From NCBI GenBank assembly GCA_019358915.1, contig JAHHIM010000040.1, forward strand, positions 1 to 35,633: a DNA stretch of 35,633 nt, written 5' to 3'. This document shows, one piece after another, positions 1 through 10,683 of this stretch; within the stretch, counting starts at the first letter, position 1, and each line of letters begins with the position of its first letter. Below the pieces are notes generated by a model. The model was not told where the DNA came from. It saw nothing but the letters and a program-made list of their open reading frames with translations, and made no database searches. The position numbers were made by a program, and so were the translations under genes. Source of the DNA: Trichormus sp. ATA11-4-KO1 (GTDB lineage Bacteria > Cyanobacteriota > Cyanobacteriia > Cyanobacteriales > Nostocaceae).

Positions 1-106
1 ATACGCCGAACCAACCGATGTAAATCCGGTTGTCGGTGCTGGTGATCCACTCACAAAACCGATCCCATACGTTGGCGCTGGAGCGCTGTTGTAAGGTGGT
101 TGTCAT
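1..106 (-). CDS. psbA: Photosystem II D1 protein, 5' end only (runs off window)
   Basis: Hand translation from ATG at 106: [35 protein letters not shown], the canonical cyanobacterial D1 N-terminus. Not in the ORF track. Confidence 0.97.
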   Translation of the reverse strand, partial: MTTTLQQRSSANVWDRFCEWITSTDNRIYIGWFGV

Positions 107-168
107 AGTTTCTATGATTGCAATGAGTTTTTATGAATTGGGTAGGTAAAGTTGCCTACTTGTATATC

Positions 169-197
169 ACCTTAAAGGAGAAGTTGAGATTTGTAAA
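169..197 (-). promoter_or_regulatory. Putative sigma70-type psbA promoter
   Basis: Minus strand TTTACA-N17-TAAGGT about 60 nt upstream of the psbA ATG. TTTACA is the typical -35 of cyanobacterial psbA promoters. Confidence 0.6.
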
Positions 198-280
198 GCT
201 ATTTTAATTAGGATTTTATCATAAAAATGATTTGTTTTGCTGATGAATCGCGTTTATAGGCACGATTCATCCAGTTTTGA

Positions 281-664
<384 letters not shown>

Positions 665-758
665 GGCGATAAGCCCCTTGGGCATAGCTAACGCATGATA
701 ATAGGGAGTGGGGAGTGGGGAAAAGAGATTTTTCTAATGGATTATGGGGGTTTCTCTG

Positions 759-1322
759 CTATTCGGATAACCAACTAAAAAGTTGACCAACAGTAAGGCT
801 GAAGGACTCAGCAAAGGGCGGGACAGGTAGACGATCGCTTTCTACTTCAAAAACGGCAAGAGTGTGATCGGCAAAATAAGCAAATACCACTTCTTCTTCT
901 GGGTCAATCAACCAGCCCATCTGAGTGCCGTGGGCGAGACAGTGGAGGATGTTACGGACAACTCTGGTTTGGCTTTGGTCAGGGGAAAGGATTTCAATTG
1001 TCCAGTCTGGGGCGATCACAAAGGTGTTAGATACTTTGCCGTTCTCGTCGCGGGGAATGCGTTCCCATGTGAAGACTGCGATATCAGGAACAATGGATCT
1101 ACCCCCAAAGGTACAGCGCAGTTCCGAATAAGCACGGGCGATACGCTGGGGTTTGAGTGATAGGTTAATGCCAGTGCCAAGGTCAACCTGAAGCGTGCTG
1201 TGTTTTCCTTGGGGCATAGGTTTTTGCATAATCTGACCGTCGATAAATTCGCTGGCAGGTTTGGTTTCCGGCTGTTGGAGAAATTCTTCCAGGGTGAGGG
1301 GTTTAGTGGAAATTTGAACCAT
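759..1322 (-). CDS. Uma2 family (DUF820) PD-(D/E)XK endonuclease
   Basis: LTLEEFL..PETKPASEFIDG..QKPMP..KHS, VPDIAV, PDWTIEILSP, GWLIDPEE motifs. Confidence 0.92.
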   Translation of the reverse strand: MVQISTKPLTLEEFLQQPETKPASEFIDGQIMQKPMPQGKHSTLQVDLGTGINLSLKPQRIARAYSELRCTFGGRSIVPDIAVFTWERIPRDENGKVSNTFVIAPDWTIEILSPDQSQTRVVRNILHCLAHGTQMGWLIDPEEEVVFAYFADHTLAVFEVESDRLPVPPFAESFSLTVGQLFSWLSE

Positions 1323-1442
1323 AATTCACCTGCATCTCTAGAAACTATTCTTTTAGCGATCGCATTAAACACAATATATATCATCAATAACTGAAACTGG
1401 ATTTTCATTAATTGCTTTTTTAAGCATGGTTGATTCTTGTGC

Positions 1443-1501
1443 AAAATCGTCTCTGTGGTTCTACCCATGCCAATTTCATGACTCATCTGCTAGAGATTTT
1501 A
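1443..1501. repeat. Degenerate 59-bp direct repeat, copy 2 (decayed copy of hinT 5' end)
   Basis: Minus strand reads ATG GGT AGA ACC ACA GAG ACG ATT TT versus hinT ATG AGT GAA ACC ACA GAG ACT ATT TT; similarity extends about 33 nt upstream of the ATG. Confidence 0.8.
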
Positions 1502-1534
1502 AAGGTTTACCGTTATAGAAGAAATATTTAGCCA

Positions 1535-3064
1535 ATGCTTGCTAGAGTCTGGAGTGCATCAATTGTGGGCATCGATGCCGTCAAAGTAGGCGTAGAGGTC
1601 GATGTTTCAGGGGGATTACCAGGAATTGTGGTGTTGGGTCTTCCAGACAGCGCTGTGCAAGAATCCAAAGAGAGAGTCAAGGCAACGCTCAAGAATGCGG
1701 GTTTTGCTTTTCCAATGCGAAAAATTGTGATTAACCTAACTCCGGCAGATTTACGTAAGGAAGGGCCATGTTTCGATTTGCCGATTAGTGTGGGAATTTT
1801 GGCGGCTTCTGAGCAAGTTAGCGCCGATTTGTTGGGAGATTATCTTTTTTTAGGTGAGGTTTCGCTAGACGGAAGTTTGAGGCCTGTGGCTGGGATTTTA
1901 CCCATTGCAGCTACTGCCCAAAAAATGGGAATTACAGGTTTAGTAGTTCCTGCTGATAATGCTCAAGAAGCTGCTGTAGTACAAGGATTAACTGTTTACG
2001 GCTGCAAACATCTAACTGAGGTAGTGGATTTGTTGAATAATCCAGGAAGTTACCAGGCTGTGCAGCTGGATAACCCACAGGATTCGCCAAAAGCATCGTA
2101 TCCTGGTGCTGATTTGAAAGATGTGAAAGGACAGGCTCATGCTCGCCGTGCTTTAGAAATTGCGGCGGCTGGCGGACATAATTTAATCTTTGTGGGGCCG
2201 CCTGGTAGTGGTAAAACAATGTTAGCGAGACGCTTACCGGGGATTTTGCCACCTTTGGAGTTTGCTGAATCTTTAGAAGTAACTCGCATTCACTCGGTAG
2301 CTGGGTTATTAAAAAATCGGGGTTCATTAGTCCGCGATCGCCCTTTCCGCAGTCCCCATCATTCAGCATCTGGCCCTTCGCTTGTCGGTGGTGGTAGCTT
2401 TCCCCGTCCAGGTGAAATATCACTATCTCACCGAGGTATACTTTTTCTGGATGAACTTACGGAATTTAAGCGGGATGTTTTAGAATTTCTGCGTCAACCT
2501 TTGGAAGATGGCTATGTAACAATTTCCCGCACTCGCCAATCTGTGACGTTTCCCGCCCAGTTTACTTTGGTAGCCAGTACCAATCCCTGTCCTTGCGGCT
2601 ATTACGGTGATACTATTCAACAATGCACCTGTTCACCCAGACAACGTGAGCAATATTGGGCCAAGCTGTCTGGCCCTTTAATGGATCGAATTGATTTGCA
2701 AGTTGCAGTCAATCGGTTAAAGCCAGAGGAAATTACCCAACAACCCACCGGAGAAGCATCTACATCAGTCTTAGAACGAGTTCAAAAAGCACGCGATCGC
2801 GCTACCACCCGCTTCCAAGGGGAACCAAATCTGCGTTGCAATGCCCAAATACAAAGTCGTCATCTCCAGAAATGGTGCAAGCTAGATGATGCCAGTCGCA
2901 ATTTATTAGAAGCAGCAATTAGAAAATTAGGTTTATCAGCGAGGGCAAGCGATCGCATTCTCAAAGTAGCGCGGACTGTTGCAGATTTGGCAGGAGAGGA
3001 TGAACTAAAAGCCAATCATGTGGCGGAGGCCATTCAATATCGCACGATAGATAGAATGCAATAA
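1535..3064 (+). CDS. comM: YifB/ComM family Mg-chelatase-like AAA+ ATPase
   Basis: GLPDSAVQESKERV, NLTPADLRKEG, Walker A GPPGSGKT, PFRSPHHS, LFLDE, NPCPCG, LSGPLMDRIDL. Confidence 0.95.
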   Translation: MLARVWSASIVGIDAVKVGVEVDVSGGLPGIVVLGLPDSAVQESKERVKATLKNAGFAFPMRKIVINLTPADLRKEGPCFDLPISVGILAASEQVSADLLGDYLFLGEVSLDGSLRPVAGILPIAATAQKMGITGLVVPADNAQEAAVVQGLTVYGCKHLTEVVDLLNNPGSYQAVQLDNPQDSPKASYPGADLKDVKGQAHARRALEIAAAGGHNLIFVGPPGSGKTMLARRLPGILPPLEFAESLEVTRIHSVAGLLKNRGSLVRDRPFRSPHHSASGPSLVGGGSFPRPGEISLSHRGILFLDELTEFKRDVLEFLRQPLEDGYVTISRTRQSVTFPAQFTLVASTNPCPCGYYGDTIQQCTCSPRQREQYWAKLSGPLMDRIDLQVAVNRLKPEEITQQPTGEASTSVLERVQKARDRATTRFQGEPNLRCNAQIQSRHLQKWCKLDDASRNLLEAAIRKLGLSARASDRILKVARTVADLAGEDELKANHVAEAIQYRTIDRMQ

Positions 3065-3133
3065 GAACTGAAAACTGTATTTCAGATATTTTCATTCATT
3101 CCGCCATTATCCAAAGTCTTCAGGTTGTTTAAG

Positions 3134-4081
3134 ATGAGTAAGATACGTGCTGTTGTTGTTGATCCTCATGTATCAGGGCGTTTAACACTACGTGATGTAG
3201 ATGCACCGACCCCTGCTGCTAATGAAGCTGTGATTCGGGTAGCAGCAATTTCCCTGAATCGAGGAGAAGTTAAACGTTCTAGCAGCGCCGAAGCAGGTTG
3301 GCGACCAGGTTGGGATTTAGCAGGTGTGGTAGAAACCTCGGCTGCTGATGGTTCAGGGCCTACCGTAGGGACACGAGTCGTCGGTTTACTTCGTTCTGGT
3401 GCGTGGGCGGAATTGGTGTCAGTACCAACCCACTCACTAGCAAAGTTACCGTCGTCAGTCTCTTTTGCTCTAGCGGCTACATTACCTGTAGCTGGTTTAA
3501 CTGCATATCATGCCCTGCTTAAAGGTGGTTTACTTTTAGGTCGCTCAGTATTAATTACAGGTGCATCTGGTGGTGTAGGTCACTTAGCCATTCAATTAGC
3601 ACACCTCAGTGGCGCACAAGTAGTAGCGCACATTCGCCGTCCGGAATACAAGAATTTTGTCAAAGATGCTGGCGCGGATTTTATTGTCATTGGTGAGGAG
3701 CTTTCGTCAGCCAATGAGTACGGCCCATATCATTTAATTGTTGAGTCAGTGGGCGGAAATACCTTAGGAACAGCCCTCGGTTTGTTGGCAGAAGATGGCG
3801 TTACAGTGCTGTTTGGTGTTTCAGGGGGAGCAGAAGTCACATTTGATGCCCAACGTTTTTTTGCAACAGGTGGTGCAAGTTTGTATGGTCTAATTTTATT
3901 TCATGAATTAAAACGAGAATCAGCAGCAGTAGGACTACAAAGGCTTTTGAGTTTAGTAGAAGCAGGTCAATTGTGTCCTGTGATTGATATTGAAACTTCT
4001 TGGACAGAAATAGCTAACCTAGCACAACAACTACTCAACAGGAACTTTCCCGGTAAGGCTGTATTGCACGTCTCAAACTGA
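3134..4081 (+). CDS. Medium-chain dehydrogenase/reductase (quinone oxidoreductase-like)
   Basis: AISLNRGE, GWDLAGVV, AATLPVAGLTA, Rossmann ITGASGGVG, C-terminal GKAVL. ATG at 3134 preferred over TTG at 3125. Confidence 0.88.
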   Translation: MSKIRAVVVDPHVSGRLTLRDVDAPTPAANEAVIRVAAISLNRGEVKRSSSAEAGWRPGWDLAGVVETSAADGSGPTVGTRVVGLLRSGAWAELVSVPTHSLAKLPSSVSFALAATLPVAGLTAYHALLKGGLLLGRSVLITGASGGVGHLAIQLAHLSGAQVVAHIRRPEYKNFVKDAGADFIVIGEELSSANEYGPYHLIVESVGGNTLGTALGLLAEDGVTVLFGVSGGAEVTFDAQRFFATGGASLYGLILFHELKRESAAVGLQRLLSLVEAGQLCPVIDIETSWTEIANLAQQLLNRNFPGKAVLHVSN

Positions 4082-4096
4082 TCTGAGTATTCTCAC

Positions 4097-4816
4097 TTAG
4101 CCCTTTTCCGTAGACTCCGGCAGTTCAAACTTGTAACCGTAGCCTCTCACAGTCTTAATAAACTCAGGGACAGTAGTATCAACCTCCAATTTCTTGCGCA
4201 GCTGACCTATATGCACGTCAACTACTCGTCCATCTCCCACATATTCGCAACCCCAAATTTTTTGGATTAGCTGAGGACGACTCCAAGCTTGACCAGGATG
4301 ACTTGCCAAAAAATGTAAAATATTAAATTCCAGAGCTGTTAAGGTTAAAGGCTTATCGTTAAGTGTGACTTCTCGACCATCTGGGTTAATTGCTAGCTGC
4401 TGGAAGACGAGACGCTGTGGAGGAGAAGGATCGATAGAGCGTGTGCGTCGCAAAAGAGCTTGTACTCTAACTTCAATTTCTGCAAGGCTAAAGGGCTTAG
4501 TCAAAAAGTCATCAGCACCTGCTGAAAGAATCTTAATTTTATCAGCTTCAGCAGTCCGCCCAGTCAGTATCATGACTAAAACATTAGTGCGGCTCTGCAT
4601 TTCCTGACACAGTTGATAACCACTGGTATCAGGCAAATTCCAATCTAGAATCACTAAAGCTGGGTTGAATTGATCAAACAACGACAGAGCTGTTTTACCA
4701 TCTGCCGCAGACTCTATTTGATATTTTCGACTTAAAAAACGATGTATGAGATTGCGGATGCCGAAGTCGTCATCTACAACTAGGATTTTGGGATTTGTAG
4801 CGGGAAGCATCACCAT
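4097..4816 (-). CDS. OmpR/PhoB family response regulator
   Basis: Receiver domain KILVVDDD...VILD...DDFLTKPF; winged helix VVDVHIGQLRKKLE...IKTVRGYGY. Confidence 0.93.
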   Translation of the reverse strand: MVMLPATNPKILVVDDDFGIRNLIHRFLSRKYQIESAADGKTALSLFDQFNPALVILDWNLPDTSGYQLCQEMQSRTNVLVMILTGRTAEADKIKILSAGADDFLTKPFSLAEIEVRVQALLRRTRSIDPSPPQRLVFQQLAINPDGREVTLNDKPLTLTALEFNILHFLASHPGQAWSRPQLIQKIWGCEYVGDGRVVDVHIGQLRKKLEVDTTVPEFIKTVRGYGYKFELPESTEKG

Positions 4817-5310
4817 AACGTTTTAGCCTATTTTTCAGTTGGCGATTCGCTATTAGGGTAGCTACTTTAGCTTATTCTACGGGAAGTTTTTCTCCAGTCG
4901 GGAAACTTCTAAACGGCACTGCCTCACTGCTATGCCTCTACGGATGTCCTTGAGGATATGAGAAACTGTCTGAAAGCTGATGCTGCGCGCGTTATTTAGG
5001 AGTTTTGTTATGTGCTTACCTCGACTGAGTATGTGGAGGTGAAAGCAGCTTGTCGCCAGACATGATCACTGTAGTACTTAGCTACACTTAAGTTTATAAA
5101 AAGTTCAGCTACGATCATACATAACAAATATATAAATTTTATATAACTTTGGTATGTTTTTGGTATTAATAATGCTGCTAATATAAACCCAATAGTTAGA
5201 CATAAGATTGAAAAAATATTATTAGCAATTAGTAAAAACTAAAATAAAAATATTGTTTAATACTATATTTAAAATAAAATTACTAATTAAATAATAAAAA
5301 AATAAGCTAA

Positions 5311-5383
5311 TCTCTCTAAAGAAAGATTTTGAATATATTCATACCTACGAAAGAGAAAAATAATGTGTATATTTCGTTAAATT
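5311..5383 (+). promoter_or_regulatory. Candidate palindromic activator sites (YCTMTC-N4-GAWAGA) and -10 box upstream of the rhodanese gene
   Basis: TCTCTC-TAAA-GAAAGA at 5311-5326; weaker TCATAC-CTAC-GAAAGA at 5339-5354, followed 23 nt later by TAAATT. Confidence 0.4.
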
Positions 5384-5412
5384 ACTGTTAGTGAAATAAG
5401 TCAAAAATAGTT

Positions 5413-5868
5413 ATGGATAGCAATCATCTAGGTGGGATTGTTCCCTCACAGCCACCAATAGAACCACAATCTGACGTTTATGCTGTTAAGTCTCGTTTAG
5501 AATGGGGTGAACCAGCTTTTACAATACTAGATGTGCGCGATCGCATGACCTACAACGAGGGTCATATCATGGGAGCGATGCCTATGCCCATGGATGACTT
5601 GGTAGACAGAGCCGCATCATCTTTAGATAAAAGTCGTGATATTTATGTTTATGGTGCAAATGATCAACAAACTGCCCAAGCAGCGAAACTACTTCGTTCG
5701 GCTGGATTTGAGCATGTATCTGAACTCAAGGGTGGTCTAGCTGCATGGAAGGAAATCGGCGGGCCAACAGAAGGCATTATTGAATCTAGAACTCCCGCAG
5801 GAGCAGATGACTATAATATTGTCTCGCGGATGCAAGATCATCTGGAAAATCTAGAAAAAGATGTGTAG
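5413..5868 (+). CDS. Rhodanese-like domain protein
   Basis: ILDVRDRMTYNEGHIMGA...LKGGLAAW. The usual catalytic Cys position reads IYVYG. Confidence 0.9.
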   Translation: MDSNHLGGIVPSQPPIEPQSDVYAVKSRLEWGEPAFTILDVRDRMTYNEGHIMGAMPMPMDDLVDRAASSLDKSRDIYVYGANDQQTAQAAKLLRSAGFEHVSELKGGLAAWKEIGGPTEGIIESRTPAGADDYNIVSRMQDHLENLEKDV

Positions 5869-5875
5869 TTTTTTT

Positions 5876-5903
5876 AGTCAATAGTTATTAGCAACTATTG
5901 ACT
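5876..5903. terminator. Hairpin between convergent genes (likely bidirectional terminator)
   Basis: AGTCAATAGTT-attagc-AACTATTGACT, perfect 11-bp stem. Confidence 0.65.
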
Positions 5904-5909
5904 GTTTCT

Positions 5910-6539
5910 TTAGTGTGCAAATAAATCCTGGAATTGCAACAAGTCTAAAGAAACTAAAGTCGGTAAAACTTGAAAGCATTCCTGAGCTAGTTGCCAACGT
6001 TCTTCTCGTTTGAGCATGTGCGTGAGCTTTTGTTGTACGCTGAGCAAGTAGCGGACATCATTGGCAGCATAACTTAATTGAGCTTCAGATAAATTAGCGG
6101 CGTTACCCCAATCAGAACTTTGAGCGCTTTTATCTAGTTCTATTTGTTCCAACTCTTGCACCACATCTTTAAGTCCATGGCGATTGGTGTAAGTACGGGC
6201 TAACTTGCTAGCAATCTTAGTACAAAAAATAGGCTGAACCTGGATTCCCAGGTGATGGCGTAAAGTTGCAACATCGAAACGAGCAAAGTGAAAAACTTTG
6301 ACTACGTTCGCCGCTTCTAAGAGTGTTTTTAAATTGGGGGACTCGGTTTGCCCTTTAGCTATGCGAATTGCTGTCACTTGGCCTTCCAAGTTACATAGCT
6401 GAACGAGACACAAGCGATCGCGTTGCGGTAATAATCCCATGGTTTCGGTATCGACAGCGATCGCTTCAGATGTTAAATACTCAGTGAGAACAGCGTCACT
6501 CAGGTCGCGATCGCGCACTTGAAAATCTGGTAATGTCAT
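5910..6539 (-). CDS. RNase D-like 3'-5' exonuclease (DEDDy)
   Basis: IAVDTET, RLCLVQL, FHFARFD, CTKIAS, QSSDWG, YAANDV. Confidence 0.92.
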   Translation of the reverse strand: MTLPDFQVRDRDLSDAVLTEYLTSEAIAVDTETMGLLPQRDRLCLVQLCNLEGQVTAIRIAKGQTESPNLKTLLEAANVVKVFHFARFDVATLRHHLGIQVQPIFCTKIASKLARTYTNRHGLKDVVQELEQIELDKSAQSSDWGNAANLSEAQLSYAANDVRYLLSVQQKLTHMLKREERWQLAQECFQVLPTLVSLDLLQFQDLFAH

Positions 6540-6627
6540 GAATCACTCAATAATAAATGCAGTATCTTGCAGGCACAATTACCGCTAGACACTACATTAT
6601 TATTGTGCAAAAAATCAGTCAATTAAT

Positions 6628-7176
6628 CTATCTAGTGCGAATGAAAATTTGGGTGAGGTAAACTTCACCTTTTTGATTGGCCGCAACACCAATTCCTGTG
6701 AAGTTGTAATTGCCGTGGATGTTCTGCAAATGTCCGGGACTTTCCAACCAACCAGTAACAGCTTGCCTAGCGGGATTATCATATCCCTGATTAAAAGCGA
6801 CATTCTCTGACGCATTGTTGTAGCGAAGAGGAATAGCTTTAACTCGCTGTTCAAATCCTTGATGGCTAAACGGGACTTGACCGTTAGCCATATTTTGACT
6901 ATGAATTCTTGCCTGTTGAGTGATATTTGCATTTAGTTTCAATTTTGGCAGTTTCTTAGAAACCCGATAGCGATTAATTTCGTCAAAGACTGATTCCTCT
7001 AGTGCATTAGTTTGAAAATTAGTAGTTAATGTTGCAGCCTGACTTGAAGAAATCAACAAAGGTTGATTATGAGTGGTTGTTTCTGTAGAAGTGTTACCTG
7101 GTATAGGATCAGTCATTAATCCACTCGCAAAGACAAGCGTACTTAAAGCGATGCCAAAAGCAGGTTGTCGAAACAT
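6628..7176 (-). CDS. CAP/SCP domain secreted protein
   Basis: Signal-like N-terminus; INRYR, ARIHSQNM, FSH, ENVA, GWLESPGHLQNI, GIGV. Confidence 0.9.
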   Translation of the reverse strand: MFRQPAFGIALSTLVFASGLMTDPIPGNTSTETTTHNQPLLISSSQAATLTTNFQTNALEESVFDEINRYRVSKKLPKLKLNANITQQARIHSQNMANGQVPFSHQGFEQRVKAIPLRYNNASENVAFNQGYDNPARQAVTGWLESPGHLQNIHGNYNFTGIGVAANQKGEVYLTQIFIRTR

Positions 7177-7530
7177 GGAAAGTTGCGTGATGTGTGTACT
7201 TGTTAGACCTATACTCTAACTTCTTGTTCCTAGAATATATAACAGGATACTATTCAAGATTGATTAAATTCGGGCATTTTGGCAAATTATTTCCAGAAAA
7301 CATAATCCAACAATGTAATGCTTCAAATATCTGAGTCAGTCAGACCCTAATTCTTCCATAAGAATGATTTGCCAGCTTACTTGGACTGCTAGGTGTAGCA
7401 AAGTGCTGTGCATCAATCCAGTTGCTTCATTGCTCATAGCAATCAACACTGTCTTCACCTATGTGACTACCTGCTCATACAGCATGGACACTTTATTAAT
7501 CAAATCAATAGACATCTCCGACCAAAAATT

Positions 7531-7556
7531 TAGAGACGTTCCCGGGAACATCTCTA
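7531..7556. repeat. REP-like palindrome
   Basis: TAGAGACGTTCC-cg-GGAACATCTCTA (1 mismatch); shares the AGACGTTCC/GGAAC core with 18705-18729. Confidence 0.55.
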
Positions 7557-7600
7557 CAAGGCTTTGGGCAAAAATATAGTTAAAAGTTCTTTATGTATAT

Positions 7601-8842
7601 TTACGCAGGTATCAAAAATTTAGCTACCGTTTGTACATCTTTATCACCGCGTCCAGAGCAGTTAATTACAATTCGAGGACTGCCAGTAAGTTGAGGACAT
7701 AGGGTTTCTAGATAGGCGATCGCATGGGCAGTTTCTAAGGCTGGGATAATCCCCTCCAGCCGAGATAATCGCTGGAATGCCGCCAAAGCTTCTTCATCAG
7801 TGACACTGTAGTATTCAGCGCGACCAGTATCTTTCAAATAGCTATGTTCTGGACCCACGCCAGGATAATCTAAACCCGCACTAATCGAATGCGCCTCAAT
7901 GATTTGCCCATCTTCATCTTGCAGTAAATAGCTCATTGCCCCGTGCAATACACCAACTTGTCCCTTCGTCAAGGTAGCAGCGTGTTTTGCTGTATTCACA
8001 CCTTCTCCGGCTGCCTCAACCCCAATTAGCCTGATAGACTGCTCATGGACAAACTCATGGAATAATCCCATGGCATTGGAACCACCGCCCACACAAGCCA
8101 TAAGAATATCGGGTAAACCGCCCCACTTTTCTAATGCTTGGGCGCGAGTTTCTTGCCCAATAACGGCATGGAAATCACGTACCATCATGGGGTAAGGATG
8201 CGGCCCTGCTACAGAACCCAAGATGTAGTGAGTTGTTTCTACATTGGTCACCCAATCCCGAATTGCTTCAGAAGTAGCATCTTTGAGGGTTCCTGTTCCC
8301 GCAGCTACCGGACGGACTTCTGCCCCCATTAGTCGCATTCTGAATACATTCAAGGCTTGACGTTCCATATCGTGAACGCCCATGTAAATTATACATTCCA
8401 GCCCGAAACGAGCGCAAACCGTCGCCGTTGCCACCCCATGTTGCCCAGCCCCGGTTTCGGCAATTACTCGTTGCTTACCCATCCGCTTCGCCAACAGTAC
8501 TTGACCTAAGGCATTGTTGATTTTGTGAGCGCCTGTGTGATTTAAATCTTCACGCTTTAAGTAAATTTGCGCTCCTGTACCATCTGGTTGGGCATAATGA
8601 GCAGTCAGACGTTCGGCAAAATACAACGGTGTGGCACGTCCCACATAGTCTCTTAGTAGCTGTTGTAGTTCTGCTTGGAAACTTGGGTCATTACGGTATT
8701 GCTGATACGCTGTTTCTAGTTCAGCAAGAGCAGGCATCAGTGTTTCCGGGACATACTTACCGCCAAAGCGTCCAAAGCGTCCTTGTAAATCGGGAACCTG
8801 AGCATTTGATGGGGAACTTGGAGAGATGGGAGTTGTAGTCAC
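7601..8842 (-). CDS. trpB: Tryptophan synthase beta chain
   Basis: [15 protein letters not shown] (PLP lysine), [35 protein letters not shown]. Confidence 0.98.
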   Translation of the reverse strand: MTTTPISPSSPSNAQVPDLQGRFGRFGGKYVPETLMPALAELETAYQQYRNDPSFQAELQQLLRDYVGRATPLYFAERLTAHYAQPDGTGAQIYLKREDLNHTGAHKINNALGQVLLAKRMGKQRVIAETGAGQHGVATATVCARFGLECIIYMGVHDMERQALNVFRMRLMGAEVRPVAAGTGTLKDATSEAIRDWVTNVETTHYILGSVAGPHPYPMMVRDFHAVIGQETRAQALEKWGGLPDILMACVGGGSNAMGLFHEFVHEQSIRLIGVEAAGEGVNTAKHAATLTKGQVGVLHGAMSYLLQDEDGQIIEAHSISAGLDYPGVGPEHSYLKDTGRAEYYSVTDEEALAAFQRLSRLEGIIPALETAHAIAYLETLCPQLTGSPRIVINCSGRGDKDVQTVAKFLIPA

Positions 8843-8916
8843 GGAATGATTTTGATGACGGGACGAACTTAATTATTATAAGAGCATAATAGTAAGTACA
8901 AGATCCCGATCATCTT

Positions 8917-8966
8917 CTTTGTGCCTTTGTGGTAAAAAGAGTTCTATTCACCACTAAGACACCAAG
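8917..8966. repeat. Palindromic intergenic repeat with 8-nt units (CTTWGTGY / RCACWAAG)
   Basis: CTTTGTGCCTTTGTGGT...ACCACTAAGACACCAAG; a close relative in opposite orientation lies at 26332-26397. Confidence 0.7.
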
Positions 8967-8997
8967 TATGTAGAATTTTTCCTTAATCAAAAATTTT

Positions 8998-9339
8998 ATG
9001 TCTTCTTCTAAATCTGCCGACAACCGCTTTGTCTACCGTGAATTTGGTAACGGCAACTCTGCTGCCACAGAAAAGCCCATTGTTGAACTACCTCCACAGC
9101 AACAAAATCTCAAAGTGCAGGCCTCCCGCAAAGGACGCAAAGGAAAAACTGTCACCGTGGTTAGCGGTTTTCAAACCAAACCAGAAACCTTGGCAGATTT
9201 AGTAAAACAGTTGAAAACCCAATGTGGTACAGGTGGCACAGTCAAAGATAACGAAATTGAAATTCAGGGTGATCATAAACAAAAAATTCTAGAGATTTTG
9301 ACCAAACTAGGTTACAAAGCCAAAATCAGTGGTGGTTGA
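8998..9339 (+). CDS. yciH: Translation initiation factor SUI1/YciH
   Basis: RKGRKGKTVTVV, LKTQCGTGGTVKDNEIEIQGDH. Confidence 0.93.
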   Translation: MSSSKSADNRFVYREFGNGNSAATEKPIVELPPQQQNLKVQASRKGRKGKTVTVVSGFQTKPETLADLVKQLKTQCGTGGTVKDNEIEIQGDHKQKILEILTKLGYKAKISGG

Positions 9340-9355
9340 TTCGTGTGGCTCATCT

Positions 9356-9389
9356 AAGTGTTGAGTGCTTTCTAGTTCACTCAGCACTT
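9356..9389 (+). terminator. Hairpin built from CACTCAG heptamers after yciH
   Basis: AAGTGTTGAGTG-N10-CACTCAGCACTT followed by TT. Confidence 0.55.
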
Positions 9390-9508
9390 TTCACCATATC
9401 TCTAGAGTGCTGTTGAGCCAGAAAGGCAATGTTATCTTTAAAGGGTACTCGGCTTGGCTAATCATTAAACTAGCACGCTGCTGATTTTAATATTTACAGG
9501 AGGTTGAA

Positions 9509-9667
9509 ATGGATATAATTCGGATTCTGTGTGCTATTTTCCTACCACCTCTGGGAGTTTTTTTGCAAGTAGGTTTTGGCATAGATTTTTGGATTAATAT
9601 TCTGTTGACATTGTTGGGTTATATTCCGGGAATAATTCACGCTGTGTGGGTAATTGCGAGAAAATAA
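9509..9667 (+). CDS. yqaE: YqaE/Pmp3 family small membrane stress protein (52 aa)
   Basis: Not in the ORF track. AGGAGG RBS at 9498-9503; MDIIRILCAIFLPPLGVFLQVGFGIDFWINILLTLLGYIPGIIHAVWVIARK matches the Pmp3 signature. Confidence 0.93.
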   Translation: MDIIRILCAIFLPPLGVFLQVGFGIDFWINILLTLLGYIPGIIHAVWVIARK

Positions 9668-9787
9668 TTATTTACGAAGGGAGGGTGGGTTGGTAGTCCT
9701 AAACAGGTGGTGTGAAGGCGAAATACATTAAACATACAGAGGAGCAGAGGTGAGAACTCAAAGGTAGATTCCCACCGTTTTCATTTC

Positions 9788-10426
9788 TTACCTCAGCAGA
9801 TCAGCACCTCCTTGTGGAGGTAGTTGTGGGGTAGTAGAGTTACGAGGAATGGTTTGGGTGTTGGGTCTAGTAGCTGGAGTATTTTGGGAATTAGGATTAA
9901 AGATATTAGCTAAAACTTGCACTAAGGCATTTCTCTGATTACGGTTGAGGCGTGCAATAACTAGGCGATCGCCTTCTAGGGGGTTTTGCCGCAAAGCATC
10001 ATTACCTGGATAGGAGTTATCATACATAATTTCATTGGCATTGAGGTAATCAGCCAGAGTTAGTTTCCAATCTAAACGGTAATTTGGGGCACGCCCTTTC
10101 ACATAAATGTGATATCGAATCAGGCGACTTGCTAAGGTGTTGTTTTCCGCAACTTTACCTGTATCTTTGCTGATATATTGGTTTTCTTTTGGCAGTTCGG
10201 GTAATTGCTGATACACTTGCTGCCAAACATCACCAGGGCTAATTCTCTGAGCAATGGACAAAGTTCCGCTTTCAGCGATCGCAGGTTGAATGCCAAGTAA
10301 ACTTTTAGGGATTAATTTATCATTCCCTGAACTCAAAACCAGCACACTCACCACCAAGAAGGCAGTGAGTGTCTGCCAGGACTTGAGTCGGGGTTGAATG
10401 AACGACAATTTTTTGCTCATCCTCAC
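9788..10426 (-). CDS. Hypothetical exported protein downstream of rpoZ
   Basis: 212-aa ORF with hydrophobic N-terminal segment and a globular core (LPKENQY...RLDWKLTLADYL); function not recognised. Confidence 0.75.
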   Translation of the reverse strand: MRMSKKLSFIQPRLKSWQTLTAFLVVSVLVLSSGNDKLIPKSLLGIQPAIAESGTLSIAQRISPGDVWQQVYQQLPELPKENQYISKDTGKVAENNTLASRLIRYHIYVKGRAPNYRLDWKLTLADYLNANEIMYDNSYPGNDALRQNPLEGDRLVIARLNRNQRNALVQVLANIFNPNSQNTPATRPNTQTIPRNSTTPQLPPQGGADLLR

Positions 10427-10443
10427 CTTTGCAGAAGTCTTAT

Positions 10444-10683
10444 TTATAGTTCGCCAATAATTTCTGGCTGAGTTAATTCATCGGACATCTCGATAATCGC
10501 TCTCAGTACTGGTTTCATCATTACATCTTCTGAGGGACTATCAAAATCTTCGTAACGCCGACGCTTGGCACGATTTGCCACTTGAACTGTAATGCGGTAG
10601 CGATTTGAGGCTGCACTAATCAGATCCTCAGCACGGTGCATGATTTGAGACTGCGTTGTCTCGAACTTAGAACGCTTTAGCAT
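10444..10683 (-). CDS. rpoZ: RNA polymerase omega subunit (cyanobacterial Ycf61 type)
   Basis: [20 protein letters not shown]...[13 protein letters not shown]. Confidence 0.93.
   Translation of the reverse strand: MLKRSKFETTQSQIMHRAEDLISAASNRYRITVQVANRAKRRRYEDFDSPSEDVMMKPVLRAIIEMSDELTQPEIIGEL

Noticed and set aside
1016..1486. 156-aa minus-strand ORF overlapping Uma2
   Set aside because: Off-frame overlap with a clear gene. Only its first codons are meaningful, as the decayed hinT-start duplicate.
4860..4945. Hairpin GAAGTTTTTC-N7-GGGAAACTTC upstream of the response regulator as a riboswitch or sRNA
   Set aside because: A single imperfect stem with no recognisable aptamer motif; may be a decayed repeat.
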